DNA from: Camelus ferus
Lineage: Eukaryota
DNA: 64,000 nucleotides
Direction: 5' to 3'
Assembly (NCBI RefSeq): GCF_009834535.1
Contig: NC_045698.1
Location: 8,992,001 to 9,056,000 of the forward strand
Part shown: positions 13,091 to 26,900 of the stretch, in pieces
Numbering within the stretch: the first letter of the stretch is position 1
How the letters are laid out: each line of letters opens with the position of its first letter
The notes under the pieces: model-generated
The model's input: the letters and a program-made list of their open reading frames with translations, nothing else
Databases searched by the model: none
What the model was told of the DNA's origin: nothing
Translations under genes and position numbers: made by a program

Positions 13091-14494
13091 GTAGCCTTCA
13101 TCTTCAGTTTTGCTAAACATTACATTGGATTATATTCATGAATTTACTCGTATGGTATTCAATTATATATTAATTCAATTATGTAGATACACGATATATC
13201 TGTTTAGTTTGTTGCTGAATTCTTCAATATTACAAATGTAATAATGTGTAATGCAAAATCTGAACTTTATCCATGCAGAGGGCAAGTCTTCCTCTCAAGG
13301 TGTCGAAAATTACAGTTAGGGGATTTTAGTTGGTTTTACATAATGCCCATGACCGTTTTAGCTCCAGAATATTCAGTATGAATCATGTATCTGTGATTGT
13401 AATCCTTGAGCATCCTTTATATCTACTATGCTGCAGAACACTGACAGCTCACAAATTTATTCAACAGGAACGTGGTGACTGGCTCCTGTGCGTCAACATC
13501 TAAAATGGAATTTCATTTAAAAGTGCAGAAGTATGATACTTTGATTTCAGAGTCAGTCAGGGTAGAACCAGGTCCGCTGAATTGCCAGAATGTAATATTG
13601 CAGTTGTTGAAGCCCATGGTACAGGAGAGCAGATTTAATCATTTCTGGTGAGCTCAGTCTTTCTCGAGAGGCCAACATGAAGGAAATAACCACTCACTCC
13701 AGGGAAGAGATAGCTATTGAGCTACAGAACGCAGAGAATGATTCTTATGAAAGTGTGTATCATGTTAAATACAGCTCCGGCTTTAAACAATCCTGAGATT
13801 GGAAAGAGGATTGAAGAAGTCACAATCTTGACTACATTCTCTGGTATGATTAGGTAAGCTGAGGGTGAGTTAACGTCATTTAATCGTAGCCCTTACGAAT
13901 CATGTGTGATGTACAGGAAGGGACTCCCTGTCCCGTCATTTCCATCTCACCCAGGGAGGAAAGCTAATTTAAAAGTAAGGAAGAGAGATTCCCCTTGTTG
14001 TGAAAAACCTGCTATGGATCAGAACTGGAAACCCACTCTCTTTTGTTAAAGGGGTACCTGCTTTCTCAAGGGAAAGTATATATTTATCCCTGGAATATCA
14101 AACTTTTCATAGGATATTAAGGTTGTGAGACTAGAGGTCAATGCAATCTCAAGTCCAGTATTATGTGTTCAAATTAAATTTAGCCAGAATGTTTTTTCAG
14201 TCCTGGAAACAATTAGTTATCACTTTCTCAATGTAGAATTTATCTTTAGTAGTATCCTCAGATGTTTGAAGGCCCAGGAACAAAACAATACAAAACAAAA
14301 CAAACTTACCAAATATTCGTATCTTCCTTCATGTGGCAGCTGAAAAATCAAACTTTAACACATCTAATAAACTCTTCTCCATAAGTAAAATTAAAGTTCC
14401 CAAACTAGTTTTCATAGAACATCTATGAGAATCTAGTAGCCATGCTAGATTTAGCCATTGTTAAAACACTTTTTAGAAATAATGTTGCAAAAGA

Positions 14495-14790
14495 CAGGTC
14501 AGGATTTGATATGTTATCGTAACAAACAAATCCAGACACTTGCTTGCTTAACATCTACAAGTTCATTCTCATGTAGACAAATTCCCCACTGGGTACAAAG
14601 TTCCTTCCCAATTGATGAATCAGGCTGATTCTGTCTTGGACCCACCATTTAAAGATTTGGCATTCAGGGTTAGAGAGAACTGGAGTGATGTGCACAGCAC
14701 TGAAATATTTCAGCCTGGAAGTAACATGTGGCACCACTGTCAGTAGCGTAGGCTACAGTTAGTCACTTGCTATAGCCTCCCATTAAATGT
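14495..14790 (-). mobile_element. Old MaLR LTR (MLT1K/L-like)
   Basis: gtaacaaacaaatcc...gcttaacatctacaagttcattctc...cagcctggaagtaacatgtggcacc...agtcacttg. Confidence 0.5.
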
Positions 14791-17154
14791 GAATGTTAAC
14801 AACTCTTAGTGGGCATATCTGTGAATTAAAAAGACAAGACATATCCCATAAAAACACACGCATGCAAGCGTGCAAGAATGTTGCAAATGGGATAGGTAAC
14901 CAATTACACTCTTTTTGAACAGAAGAAATAAGGAAAACAGTTAAGTTTCTTGATCACCTATTTAGAAATCTCACAGGGCAGAGAGTTGGAAAGCTTTGTA
15001 TCCTGAGGGCACTTAGCCCTAGTTATAATTTGCAATGACTAATGCCTTTGTCTTGTTCTCTCTTCCTTCTGGCAGAGTGTTTTGCTCTGGGAGTTCCTTT
15101 TTTCCTCCTCATTATTTCCCTTGGTCAAAAATTTTGTGGCTATTGGTGAAGACGCACAAATTTCTCAGCACCCTTGATACTGGAGTAAAGTAGGGTTACA
15201 TTTTTGCTTTGATTCTTGAGCGGCCAAAGTCATCTTAAGGTTTTATGGGCAATGCATTTCTGTCAAATGAACAGTAGACTTCTTATTTATTTGACTCTGC
15301 CAAATTCCATACACCAGAAAATAAATCAAAACTTTTTAGATAAAGCTGCCCTTTTATTTCTTTGTCTTGTCATTCCTTTTCTTTTCCCCATATCACAATG
15401 TTGGCTATTTTCTGACTATATTGAATAAGAACAAGAAGGTCTATCTTTAATCTGATCCTTACTCTGAGTTATTTTATTCACCATAGAGGTTCTGATAAAA
15501 CTATCACATTCTTAATCTGACTTTTTGTCCAATTTCAATCAAATGAAATATTTTATTGCGTTTTTATCACTCTAAAAATTTTAAAATGCCATCTCTAGTT
15601 ATTTGGGACCAAGAACAGTCAGGGTCTGCTTCTTGCAAAACCCTGAAATTCTATTTTATGTCTTATACATGACATATATTGTACACCTTTTTAAGTCAGG
15701 TGTGATTGACAGTGGCTGTCCTTTAGTGCAGAACCAGTCAACTACGACTAGGGATGTAATAAAAAGGTTTCTGTCACTATGTGACTAAGAAGGGTGAAAC
15801 TAAAGGTCCTTTAGAAAGTCAGTATTTGCTATTAGAATATGTTTGAATATTTATGCCAGAAAAATTCAGAATTTTAGTTTTATGATGAAATATACACTTT
15901 AAAATTTAAAATAATTCAAAATTAAACTTAAAACTTTTATTTGAGGAATAGACTCACAGGCAAAAGAAACTCTTCTCTTCTGAATATAGCTCAGTTTCTT
16001 TTTTTTGTATTTATTAGTATTTACACTGCCTTAGTGATGTGGCCCCTCAGAGGAAAACACTTTCCCTCTCTCACACTCACTCACAGAAACTAATGTGTTC
16101 AATCTCCTCACCTCTAACCCTCCACCCTCGTCTTGCTATAAAAGAAGATTGATAAGCAACACCTGGGATCTTTACTTTTTCATATACTAGAGCATTGAAA
16201 CATATTCAGTGAAACGAATATATTTTTCTGTTCCCGAAACTGTATAGAAACTAAAATTGCAGAGTTACATTTATCAATTACAGTGGATTTAATAGCTCAA
16301 ATCTATATACTTCAAAAGAAGCCAAGTTGTCAAGAGGTATCCATTCTTATATGTATTTGGCTTTTTTATTTTTGAACTGATTTATCAGTAATAACATTGC
16401 CAATTACCATTATTTTTTGATTCAGATTTTTAGCAGATAAATTATATACATAATGTAAATACTTACATCATTCTCAGTAAAAAATATTTTTAATATATTT
16501 TTTTAAAAAACTGGGTGATAAATAATTGACTGAATGATATTTAGCTTGATTTTCCCTCAAATTCAGCGAAGGGAATTAGTGTCCCCGGGGTTTTCTCCAG
16601 CTTAACCTTTCTGCGCTGGTTACACATCGGAATGGAAAAGGGACCAGATAATTCTGCCATAGTCTTAAGATTCTTGTCACTATGTGACCTCTCTGTAAAC
16701 ATGCTGGATGGAGATTCAAGAGACTGTTGATTCGGCTAATACAAGTTCTATAGCAGCAGACCTCTGAATATGATTTTGGTCAATAGAGTTTAATTGCCTG
16801 TATTTAAAGTATTAGTGATTGATTTACTAACATGTATTCAGATCTCCCCTGGCCAAGAACATGCTGAATCAAAACAGATTGACGGGGACCAGATGACACA
16901 AATGAGCAAACTTTGAGCAATACTGAAATGCAATATTGTGGCAACATGGCTGTAAAATTTTTCCCTATGCATTTAAAAATATTTCAACATAAAAATAATT
17001 TGAGATGCTCTGGGGAGAGAAAATTATATACATCAGAACATATAATATGGTAGAGTTTGACTTTCTTTTTAATAACAATGCATAAAGAGAAAAAAATTTT
17101 AATTTTGTCAATAATTTGACAAATTCTCTAACTTTATTAGGAACTTCAGATTGA

Positions 17155-17530
17155 ATTCCTAGATTGAATTATGTCCCTATCAAAATCCATATGTTAAGCC
17201 CTATCTCCCAGTACCTTTGAATGTGACTGTGTTTGGAAATAGAGTCTTCAAAGTGGCATTTACGGTTAAGTGAGGGTCTTATTCCAGCATGACTGGTGTC
17301 TTTATAAGAAGAGAAAGAGACACCAGGGATGGGAGAGTGCAGAAGAAAAACCTTGAGAGGAAACAGCAAGGAGGCAGCCACCTGCAGACCAAAAGAAGCC
17401 TCGGGAGCCACCAATCCTACTGGCATCTTGGACTTCCAGTCTCCAGAATTGTGGGGAAAAAATAATCTGTTCTTTAAAACACCCAATCTGTGGTATTTCC
17501 TTATGGCAGCCCTAGCGAACTAGTACTACA
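17155..17530 (+). mobile_element. MaLR MLT1B-like solo LTR
   Basis: ttgaattatgtccc...gaatgtgactgtgtttggaaatagagtctt...tgactggtgtctttataagaagag...ggacttccagtctccagaattgtg...atggcagccctagcgaactagtactaca. Confidence 0.85.
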
Positions 17531-20500
17531 GAGGGCCTTATATTTCCCTAAAATTTCTAACAATTAACTTTATTTTAAAGTTCATTTACTATATACAGAC
17601 ATGTCTTTAGAATGTCAGGGTTTCCATGAACTTTTAATTCTTTCCACAAAATATGTGTCTTTTTAAATTATAGTATATTTTTATTTCTTAAATGAGGTAA
17701 TGATTTTTTTTTATTACGTCAAAGGCAGTTTCCAACTTCCAGAGCTGGTTATATAGAGCAAAACAGTGAGTCATACTTTTATGTATGAAAAATATCTTGT
17801 CAGTATCCTTCTCCAAGGTGACCTTCAGGTTTCTTAATAAAGGGGAGGATTTCAATTCTCCTCTCTGTTGTGCTTCATAGATTTCAATTAGGTAGAATAG
17901 CGGCTTTGACAGAAATACTGGCATTTGTTTATTTTTGGTGAACACGAGTGTGATTTTTAATAACTGTCTTGTTCAATGTTTGAATGTTAGATGGTCTTGC
18001 CATCATCATTATGAAGAAGAGTACTTGTGATGAAGACACTCAAATGTAGAAGTGGTTTATATTTTGCATCCCTTCCCAAGGAGAACTCACAGAAAAATGG
18101 CACAGTTACAAAGCATTAATAGAGAGAATTGATTTTTTTAAAGGTTTGTATTTGATCAGCTGCCAAATATTTCCTTGCCAGAAAGTGAAAACTAGTTAAG
18201 GTTGCCTATTAGAGTTTTAATTATAAATCTTCCTAATGTTCAATACATTGAAATTATTTAAAAGTATATTTATTATTATCTTTGCAAATAACATTAAATG
18301 CTTTTATATATATTTATATAGTATACCATGTAATAAAATGTTCTTTATGTATATAAGAAATGAACTGTTGTACAAGTTACACATGTATTTCCTGTCAATG
18401 TTGTTTATTTGGTGTATATGAAAAAACAGAAGAAATCATAGGAATTCTTACAAAATATCTTGTCGAATTTCATTTTACATATGAAAGTAATTTATTAAAC
18501 ATTTTTTTCTATAAAATTATTTACTCATTGGTCCATGACACCTGCAATGATACAGAAATAAAACTCTATTTAAGGATATTTCAACTAAAATTTATTAATA
18601 TCACTTATATAATACATTCAAAATAACTTTCTTTTAACTGTAAATCAAAGTGAATAATATTCCTTCATTAGTACTCCAAATATTTCTTCATTCTTTCATA
18701 CCAAGTAAGTTCTTATCATTTTCCTTTTAAGTAAATTCAGCATTAATATAAAAGTGTCTAAAATTTGAAAGCAAACATGAGAGAAGCAGTTGGTGATGGC
18801 AATATGTTTTGTTGGTTGCCCTCATTAGTGTGACTCAGATGTCAGCTGAGATGTGTCCATCCCTTAATATATGGCCATTTTTGCATCTTTATTTTACAGA
18901 ATATACAATACCATCAAGATCTGATAGTTTCCTTGAGGCGTGTATTTTCATTGCCTTAGTGGCCTCAACTTCCGCCTTCAGGATTTTCTGGTTCTTTTAG
19001 CTGTTTCTTGGCTGTCTTGACTTTTTAAAAGTATGCTATTAACATCTCACCTCTTTGGCTTATCAAGTTATTCCTTTAAGAAGAGAAGATTCCTACCCTA
19101 AGAGAATTTCTTAAGTTGCTTTTAAGACTCAATGGTCTGTCATTCAACTGCATCAAATTTAATACTCCATTTTCAGCTTAAAATAGACTAATAGGTTTTC
19201 TGCCTCTTCTCCTTTTCACATACTGATTTATATATCCTTTTCTAGTTTACACATACATGTGGGTTTCACATGTCATTTATCCTAACCTCAACCTTATCTT
19301 AGCTACATTACCACAAACCTCATACTCAAGCTGCTGTCCATGAGTGTGCTATTTTTTTTTCTTTTTGATAATGAATTTTTTTAGAGAGTTCCTGAATAAA
19401 GATGAGTCTTTTCATGATTTTGTTGTTGGGAGCACTTGTATCAATTTATTCCTCTAGGAAACTGCAACTATCAAATTTTCTTCCACTTGGTGAGACAAAA
19501 GGGAATTTCAGGCTAATCATAGCAGGCTTGTTTTGGTGTAATAATGATGATAATTATAATAACATCTTCCTTTTATATATATGAGGAAGTATTTTCTGAT
19601 AAAAATTATTTAAAATAATTTTAATGATCATTCTTAGTACCTTTGTCAGAGGTTTAAATACTATACACTGATTATTGTAGAAATGGAATATTCTCTAGCT
19701 ATTTTTTGCATTATTAAAATGTAATTTCTTTCAAATTCAAGTATTACATCTACACGTGTTTCACATTTGTATTTCTAACTTAAGGAGTTACATTTTATTA
19801 AAATTAGATGTATTCACACTGATGGTTATCTTTGAAGAAAAGAATCTACTTTTAATAACTATGTTCTCATTTATTTTGATTTATTTTATTCTAAAAAAGC
19901 TTTTTATTATATACTCAATAAAACATAAGCTATTAAAAATAAAAATTACCTTTTCAGAAAATAAAGAGTTAGTTTTATTTGTTTACATTTTTTCTTACTA
20001 AAGAAGTACATGATTTCGTCACACTAAGTAATTTACATCTATGGATTTCAAAAAACCTGTCAGATTTATATTGCTCTAAAATTATAATGTAAAGAGGATT
20101 TTCTATCAGTGCTTTGAAAATGCCATAAATATTTTTTATTTCTTTAAAGTTCTAAGTGATGTTATGTAGAATGCAAACTCAGTCTAAGACCAGAAACATC
20201 ATATTTTCTAGCCACATTGTCCTAAATAATCAAGAATTGTATGATAATTTGAATCACATGATGCAATACCAAATAGAAATTTGAGTAAAGCCAGCAAGTA
20301 GTTAGAAAATAACTAATGGAGAATGAGCACTGTGCTGAACTTGAATTAACAAAGAGTAGACTAGATTCTTAATATAAAGAATTAATAATCTGGGAGTTGT
20401 GCATATATTCAATTAATTATTTAGAAGATACATATATGTAAATCAATGCTATATGTCATTGTGTATCGATATATAATGATATTATGTGTAAATATCAATA

Positions 20501-20556
20501 AAAATCAATACAATTTCTTGCTTTTAAATTTAACAGAGGTAAAAATAATGATCTCT

Positions 20557-21961
20557 AAATTTTTTATTGAAATATAGTTGATTTACAATGCTGTATTAGT
20601 TTCAGGTAAACAACAATGTGACTTGACATTTTTATAGATTAGACTCCTCTTAAAGTTATTATAAAATATTGGTTATATTTCCAGTGCTGTACATTACATT
20701 TTTGTATCTTATTTATTTTATACCTAGTAGTTTGTACCTCTTAATTGCCTTCCTCTATCTTGCCCCTCCCTCCATCTCTCTCCTCTCTGGTCACCACTAG
20801 TTGGTTCTCTGTTTCTGAATTTTTATATTCACTCTTTTATTTTTTAGATCCACATATCAGTGAAAACATACAGTATTTGTCTTTCTCTGATTTACTTCAC
20901 TAAACCTAATACCTTCCGGCTCCATCCTTGTTGCAAATGGCAAAATTTATCCCTTTTTTATAGCTGAGTAATATTCTATTCTATATATTATATATATGCA
21001 CCATATCTTTTTTACCCATTCATCTGTCGATGGACATTTAGGTTGCTTCCATGTCATGGCTATTGTGAATGATGCTGCTATGAACACTGGAGTGCATATA
21101 TCTTTTCAAATTAGTGTTTTCATTTTCTTTGCATATATACCCCAGAGTGAAATTGCTGGATCATATGGTAAGTCTATTTTTTATTTTTTGTGAAATTTTC
21201 ATACTGTTTTCATCATTGCTCTACCAACTTACCTTCTCACCAACAGTGTACTAGGTTCCCTTTTCTCTGCATACTTGCCAGCATTTGTTATTTGTTGTTT
21301 TTTTGATGATAAGTTATTCTGGCAGGCCTGAGGTGATATCTCATTGTGGTTTTGATTTACATTTCTCTGATGATTAGTGATGTCGAGCGCCTTTTTATGT
21401 GCCTGTTGGCCATCTGTATGTCTTCTTTGGAAAAATGTCAATGTAGGTCTTCTGCTCATTTTTCCATCTGGTTGATTTTTTTTTTTTGTATTGTCTTGCA
21501 TGAGCTCTCTATATATTTTGAATATTAACCTGTTATCAGACATACCACTTGTAAATATCACAATAGAAAGCTTAGAAATAAACCCATACACATATGATCA
21601 ATCAATCTATGACAAAGAGGGCAAGAATATACAATAAGGAAAAGAGAGCCTCTTTAATAAATGTTGGTAGGAAAACTGGACAGCTGCATAAAAATGAAAT
21701 TAGAACATTCACTAACGGCATACACCAAAATAAATTCAAAATGAATAAAGACCTAAATGTAAGACCAGAAACCATAAAACATAAGCAGTACATTCTTTGA
21801 CACAAATTTTAGCAAATTTTTTTGGATCGGTCTCCTAAGGCAAGGGAAACAAAAACAAAAAGCAAACAAGTGGGACTTATTTAAACTTAAAAGCTTTTCC
21901 CAGCAAAGGAAACCATCAGCAAAATGAAAAGAGACCTACTGAATGGGAAAAGATGTTTGCA
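20557..21961 (-). mobile_element. 5'-truncated L1 with 5' inversion (3' end on minus at 20557-21558, inverted ORF2 piece on plus at about 21561-21965)
   Basis: Antisense L1 3' UTR and ORF2 C-terminus followed by sense ORF2 sequence. Flanked by aatgatctct (20547-20556) and aatgacctct (21962-21971). Confidence 0.9.
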
Positions 21962-22334
21962 AATGACCTCTTCTGTAAACGTCAAGAAATAGGGTAAGTA
22001 GAACAGAATAGTGCTCATAAAATAGTAATTATGTTTTTAAAATTTCAGTGTAATTATGGGCAACCATATCACAGTTGATCAGCTAACTTTGTGTTTAGAA
22101 CCATGCTTTGGTCATATAACAGCCAAGTTGGGACACTGAGTATGTTTTGAAAGAGAGTAGAAATAAGAGGGGTAAGAAGGAAAGACAGCAGAGACTAGAA
22201 AGGAAAGATGGAGGCAGGAGCACAGGATGAGAAGAAAGTAATCAAACCAAAGTCTGTATCAGTGAGGAAGTTAAAACAAAGATGACGGTGACTAAGGGAA
22301 AAGATGGTTCACAAAAACCTTAAGATGGGAATAT

Positions 22335-22785
22335 GGCAGGGCCTATGATTTGGATATCTGATGTCTTTCCAGATCCATTCACCACCTTATAGGGCCTTCT
22401 CTACCATCCTGTCTGCCCTGGGAGAATGACCTCTACAGACTGTCCAGTGGAGCGGTGCCGAAGAGGCACTAACATGAGATTAAAAAGTAAGAAGAGAAAA
22501 TCATCAGGGAATGACTCCTTGCTTTTTCCTCGCTTGTCTGTGGTTTGGAAGTTCCTGTGTTTCTCCACTGATGGCCTAGGCTGCAGAGTTAAAAGAATAA
22601 GTGGTTTCTAATAGCATAGCTCTCTCTGTAATCAACAGCAGGCCTAGGCTCTCAATGACTCCCTATTCTGCTAGTTTCTGAAAGCTGTATCATTCCCTCT
22701 TAATTTCCTTGATCTTGCCTATTTTATCAACAATCCCTTTATTAATTTTTTAAATTGCTTTTTTCGATGTGCCATCTGGTTGGAG
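22335..22785 (+). mobile_element. LTR33-like ERVL LTR
   Basis: ccagatcc...ctgccctgggagaatgacctctacagactg...gaggcactaacatgagat...caatccctttattaa...tgtgccatctg. Confidence 0.6.
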
Positions 22786-22844
22786 AGAGAGAGAGAGAGA
22801 TAGAAAGACAGATAGACACATACATACATACCAAAATTAATACG

Positions 22845-23315
22845 GCTATTGGTACTAGAATGGCCCTAAGGAGAAAACTCAATTAGATTATGGGTTAGGG
22901 ATGTTTATTTAATAAATCTGTAGAACACCTCCATGCTGAAAGACACTGGGAATTAATAAAAAGTGGCATAGAGCGTTGGGTCAAAATTACTCCATTATCA
23001 CTAATGGTGCCAGGGATGGAGTGCACGTGAAGGTAGGCATTGGGAGACAGGTGTAGCTGACACTCTTGGCTGTGGTGAGAAGGTTGATGACTGTGTTGTA
23101 AACTGACTGTTGTTGCTTGCACTAGAAGGCATACTGAAAAGCAATGGTGAGAGAAAGCTTTCAATTTTTAACTCAAAACACAGGTAGACCTCCAGCAGGC
23201 TACATTTATGGCAGATACAGCCACGGGGCACACATGGCTGAAGACTGATGACAAGGACAATTGTAAGTGTTGCAGCGTTGCAAGACAAATAAATACTCAG
23301 TAAGGCACGTGTTGA
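22845..23315 (+). mobile_element. ERVL internal (leader/gag) remnant adjoining the LTR33-like LTR
   Basis: attggtactagaatggccc start, then gctgaagactgatgacaaggacaattgtaagtgttgcag. Both resemble old ERVL internal sequence. Confidence 0.5.
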
Positions 23316-23329
23316 GAAGAAATGGAGGA

Positions 23330-23545
23330 TCTCCCACGAGCAATACCTATTAGGGATTGAGGAAGCAGGACAGGCACTGGGAGAAAACAAGCTGCAATGC
23401 ATTGCTGCACAGATGTCCATTGAACTCATGGGGAATTCTGAAGCCAGGATGACCCTTCAGAGAGGTCCAGAGCTGGGAAAAAGGAGCCAGGCTTTTTACA
23501 TCCATATCAACCAGCCATTGGACTTAGGATCTCCCTGGAAAGAGT
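23330..23545 (-). mobile_element. ERVL LTR16-type fragment
   Basis: gctgcaatgcattgc...catggggaattctgaagccaggatgacccttcagagaggtcc...aaccagccattgga. Confidence 0.55.
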
Positions 23546-23554
23546 TATTTTTTT

Positions 23555-23900
23555 TAGTGAATATTTTGCTGCATTACAACCCCCCACAAGTCTATAAGCT
23601 TAAATAAAAAGATAATTGCATATTTTTTATGATTCTGTACATTTCCTGGTGATCTTTCTTTTGTGTTTCTTCACTTGATGTCACTTTTATGGCTGCATTC
23701 AAACTGTCATTTCTTGGTGGCCATATATCATCAGTACTAATTTGGCTGCTGGCTTTGATGAGTGACCAAGATTCCAAAAGCAAAGGTCAATGTTAATATA
23801 CATTGGGTTTACAAGTTCTAAAGTCCAAAAGATACATGGACATTGTCATTTTTTAATTGAACTGATGGCTGCAGTCACTTCCTCCTATTTTTGGTTCTTG
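23555..23900 (-). mobile_element. Old MaLR MLT1-type LTR fragment
   Basis: ttgctgcattacaacccccca...gcttaaataaaaa...atgattctgt...tggctgcattca. Confidence 0.45.
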
Positions 23901-26900
23901 GCATCCATGAATTAATACAGAAGGGTATCCCAATATTAGCCACAGTACCAAAAAGAATTTGGATTGTTGCTATTGAATGGGTGTAATTCAGGAGACTTAC
24001 TGGAGTGTCTCTTAGGATTCTCATGTTCAATAATAACACTCGAGGGAAAATTGTGTAAATGAAGGGCAGCAAATGGCTTAGATTATTTAGTTTGGTTCAT
24101 CACACCAAGTGAAATAAAGGAAAGGAAGAAAAAAAAATGTCTGAGTTACTGGAAAATGTTCAAAGGAAAATGGAACGCATGTCATCCAGTTTGGTCTTCT
24201 TCACATCTGCATGCGGAGGGGCTACGGCCGCTGATGTACGCCAGTTACTTGCGTACCATCCTCTCCTTTGCAAACACCTTACTTAAACAGGGCTAGAGCT
24301 GCTCTGTAATTGCTGAAAGGATTTGAGTATCTTCGGTCTAAAATGTTTGTGACATATTCTAGCTTTGAGAATTACAAATGGTAATTTAAACTAAAAGTGG
24401 GCAACTTATTTTACCTTTGTGAATTAACACTGAAGTACGTGAGATAAATATGTCCTATATGTAAAAATGAAAAATTGTTCAAGTAAGTTGAGCTTATGGT
24501 AATAATTTAAATTTACTGAATTCACAAGGTCTATTTAAGTACTCTGGACTATTTTGCCAATAAACTTTAAAATTTGCCCAGTTAGGCTTTGAAGAGGCTT
24601 TAATAATTATGAAGAGATTATATTTAAAAATGCTTTTTTAAATGATTAATGAAATTATACTAAGTCTTAAATATGATCAAGAACTCAGTCTGTTTCAATT
24701 ACAGTTCATAGAACATTAGTTGCGTTTTCCTAGGAAATGTCCTAAAATTATAAATAGAATAAAATAACCTGAATGTCAAGTGCAGAAGAAAAATCAAAAC
24801 TCATGACTGTACCCTAGAAGGTCCCATGATGCAGAGATGACTAGTTTCTGGACTAGACTTCCCATTCTCTTGACATCTAACCCAGTGTCTTGTCACCTTA
24901 GGCCCCCAGTGTGACAGTTCCCTCTTGCTGTTGGGCTTTATCTTCACATGACTTCCTTTCTTTTATTTGTCTCAGCCTAACAGCTGTCTTCTAAGAGAGG
25001 CTTCTAAACCCTAGGTCCCTAAGCACTCTCTTCCTATCACGATGTTTCCCCCTCTAGAAGAACACCAAGGACCAAGTAACGTTCTCTGTTTGGTTTGGCT
25101 TATTGTATACCTCTGTCCATGGCAAGGCACATTTGGGGAGGGTTAGGTTGTGATCCGCCTTCCAGGGCTGTATTTCTAAAAGTTAATCCTTTGATCTTGG
25201 ATCGTAATAGGTGCAGAGTTAACACTGGTTAATGAAGGTTAACACTGCCCCCCACTTTATTAATATCCATCATCAGACTCCAGAATCTGAAGAAAGGGGG
25301 CTATGCTATCTATTATTTTAAAATATAAGCATTAGTTGATAGTGTTAAGCAATACAAGTTTATACACCCAGAAGGTTCAATTTCAGTCTACAAAAGCAAA
25401 GAACTATTGAAGTGATCAGGAGATTTAAAAAAATGCTTAACATTCTCCCTGCCGTCATGGTGTTTTAGAACCTGAGTAAGAAGGCTGACAAGAAATACAG
25501 CCAAACTACTGTGTGTCTGGCTCTTTTTATGCTTGTGAGTCTGCCAGTGCACTCACTATTAGGATTCTTACTATGTAATCTATAAAATATAACTAATTAG
25601 ATTTAAAAGGCATTTTGGTGCTGTACAAAACAATAAGTAGGTGCCTCTTTTAATCTTCAATGATGACCTTTGATTATTACATGTGTGTTGTAACAGAGAA
25701 GTTCATACTCTCATGTTTTTATTCACTTTTGTGACTTTATTTAGTGATAGGCTAAGCACAATTTAATTCTATAGAACTTAACTCTTGTAAAATTATAACA
25801 ATCTAAGCCAAGTATAATTTGCTTTGATGACAAAATCCAGAAAGCCACCAGGAAATAATTTCAATAAGGATCAAATGTTGTGCCCCGTGTCTGCTTAAAT
25901 CCTTATTATACTGGGAGTTTCTGTAAGGGTTTTTCATAGGAACCTTTCTGGAGTATCTTCCTCTCATTTCACAATATCAGTCAATCATTTCTCAGCTATT
26001 ACTATGACGGTTGCGTTTGGCACTGTAAGAACTAAACTCCGAGTGCCAAATAACACTTTCAAAAACACATGATTACTAATTTTATGTTAAACGTGGTGGA
26101 AGTAATGGCAGTCAAAGCCCTCCCTCCTTTCCCCTTATGAATCCAGCCACTTTGAAAAAGAACACAGGCAGCGTCAGATTTAGGAAAGAGATGGGGTAGC
26201 CACTCCATTTCCTCACAGGCTCCTGGTGAGCTCTGTTGGAGGCTGTTCTTAGTCCTGAAGACAAACTGAAGCTCCCCAGCAAATCATCCTTTTCTTTCTC
26301 CCTGGTGCATCTAGATCTTGGTGCCTATTGCTAAGAAACCATGACATTTCTGTAGTTTGTGATGTATTTGTTTGTAGCCTTCTTGCCTCTTATGGCGCAC
26401 AGGGGAGATACGGGTATGTGTCTGTCTATGTGGGTGCATGTGGGTGGGTGCATGCATGTATGTGTGTGTGTGATTTATGTCTGAGAATATGAGAAATTAA
26501 GAAATAAACAAGGACCAAGTCAGAAATGTCTTTTTACTGTGGTAGTTTCAGCCCCTGATGAAGGTGGCCCGGTGGTATCATGTTCTCCCCAACTTTGCAG
26601 TCAGGTTGAAGGAAAAATACCATATGAGTTGCCTCAGTGTATGTCCATATTATCACCAGATTGGATCTCATTAATTAGGAAGAAAGAACCCCATGGTTAT
26701 GATTAGGAACTGCTGTTTTTCACAAGGACTGGCTTAAGTTGTAAAATATTTTAAAAATTATATACACTTATCTTTATCATTTAACACCAAGTAAGATGGG
26801 ACAAAAAAAAAGTCAAAATGTAGAAATTTTTGGTGGTTATGAGTGTAGGAAGCACAAAGCAGTGCATATGTGTCTTCTCCATTTTCATGTGAAAAATATA

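Noticed and set aside
20996..21805. ORFs of 60-120 aa on both strands
   Set aside because: All lie within the inverted L1 and are frameshifted ORF2 remnants or antisense frames.
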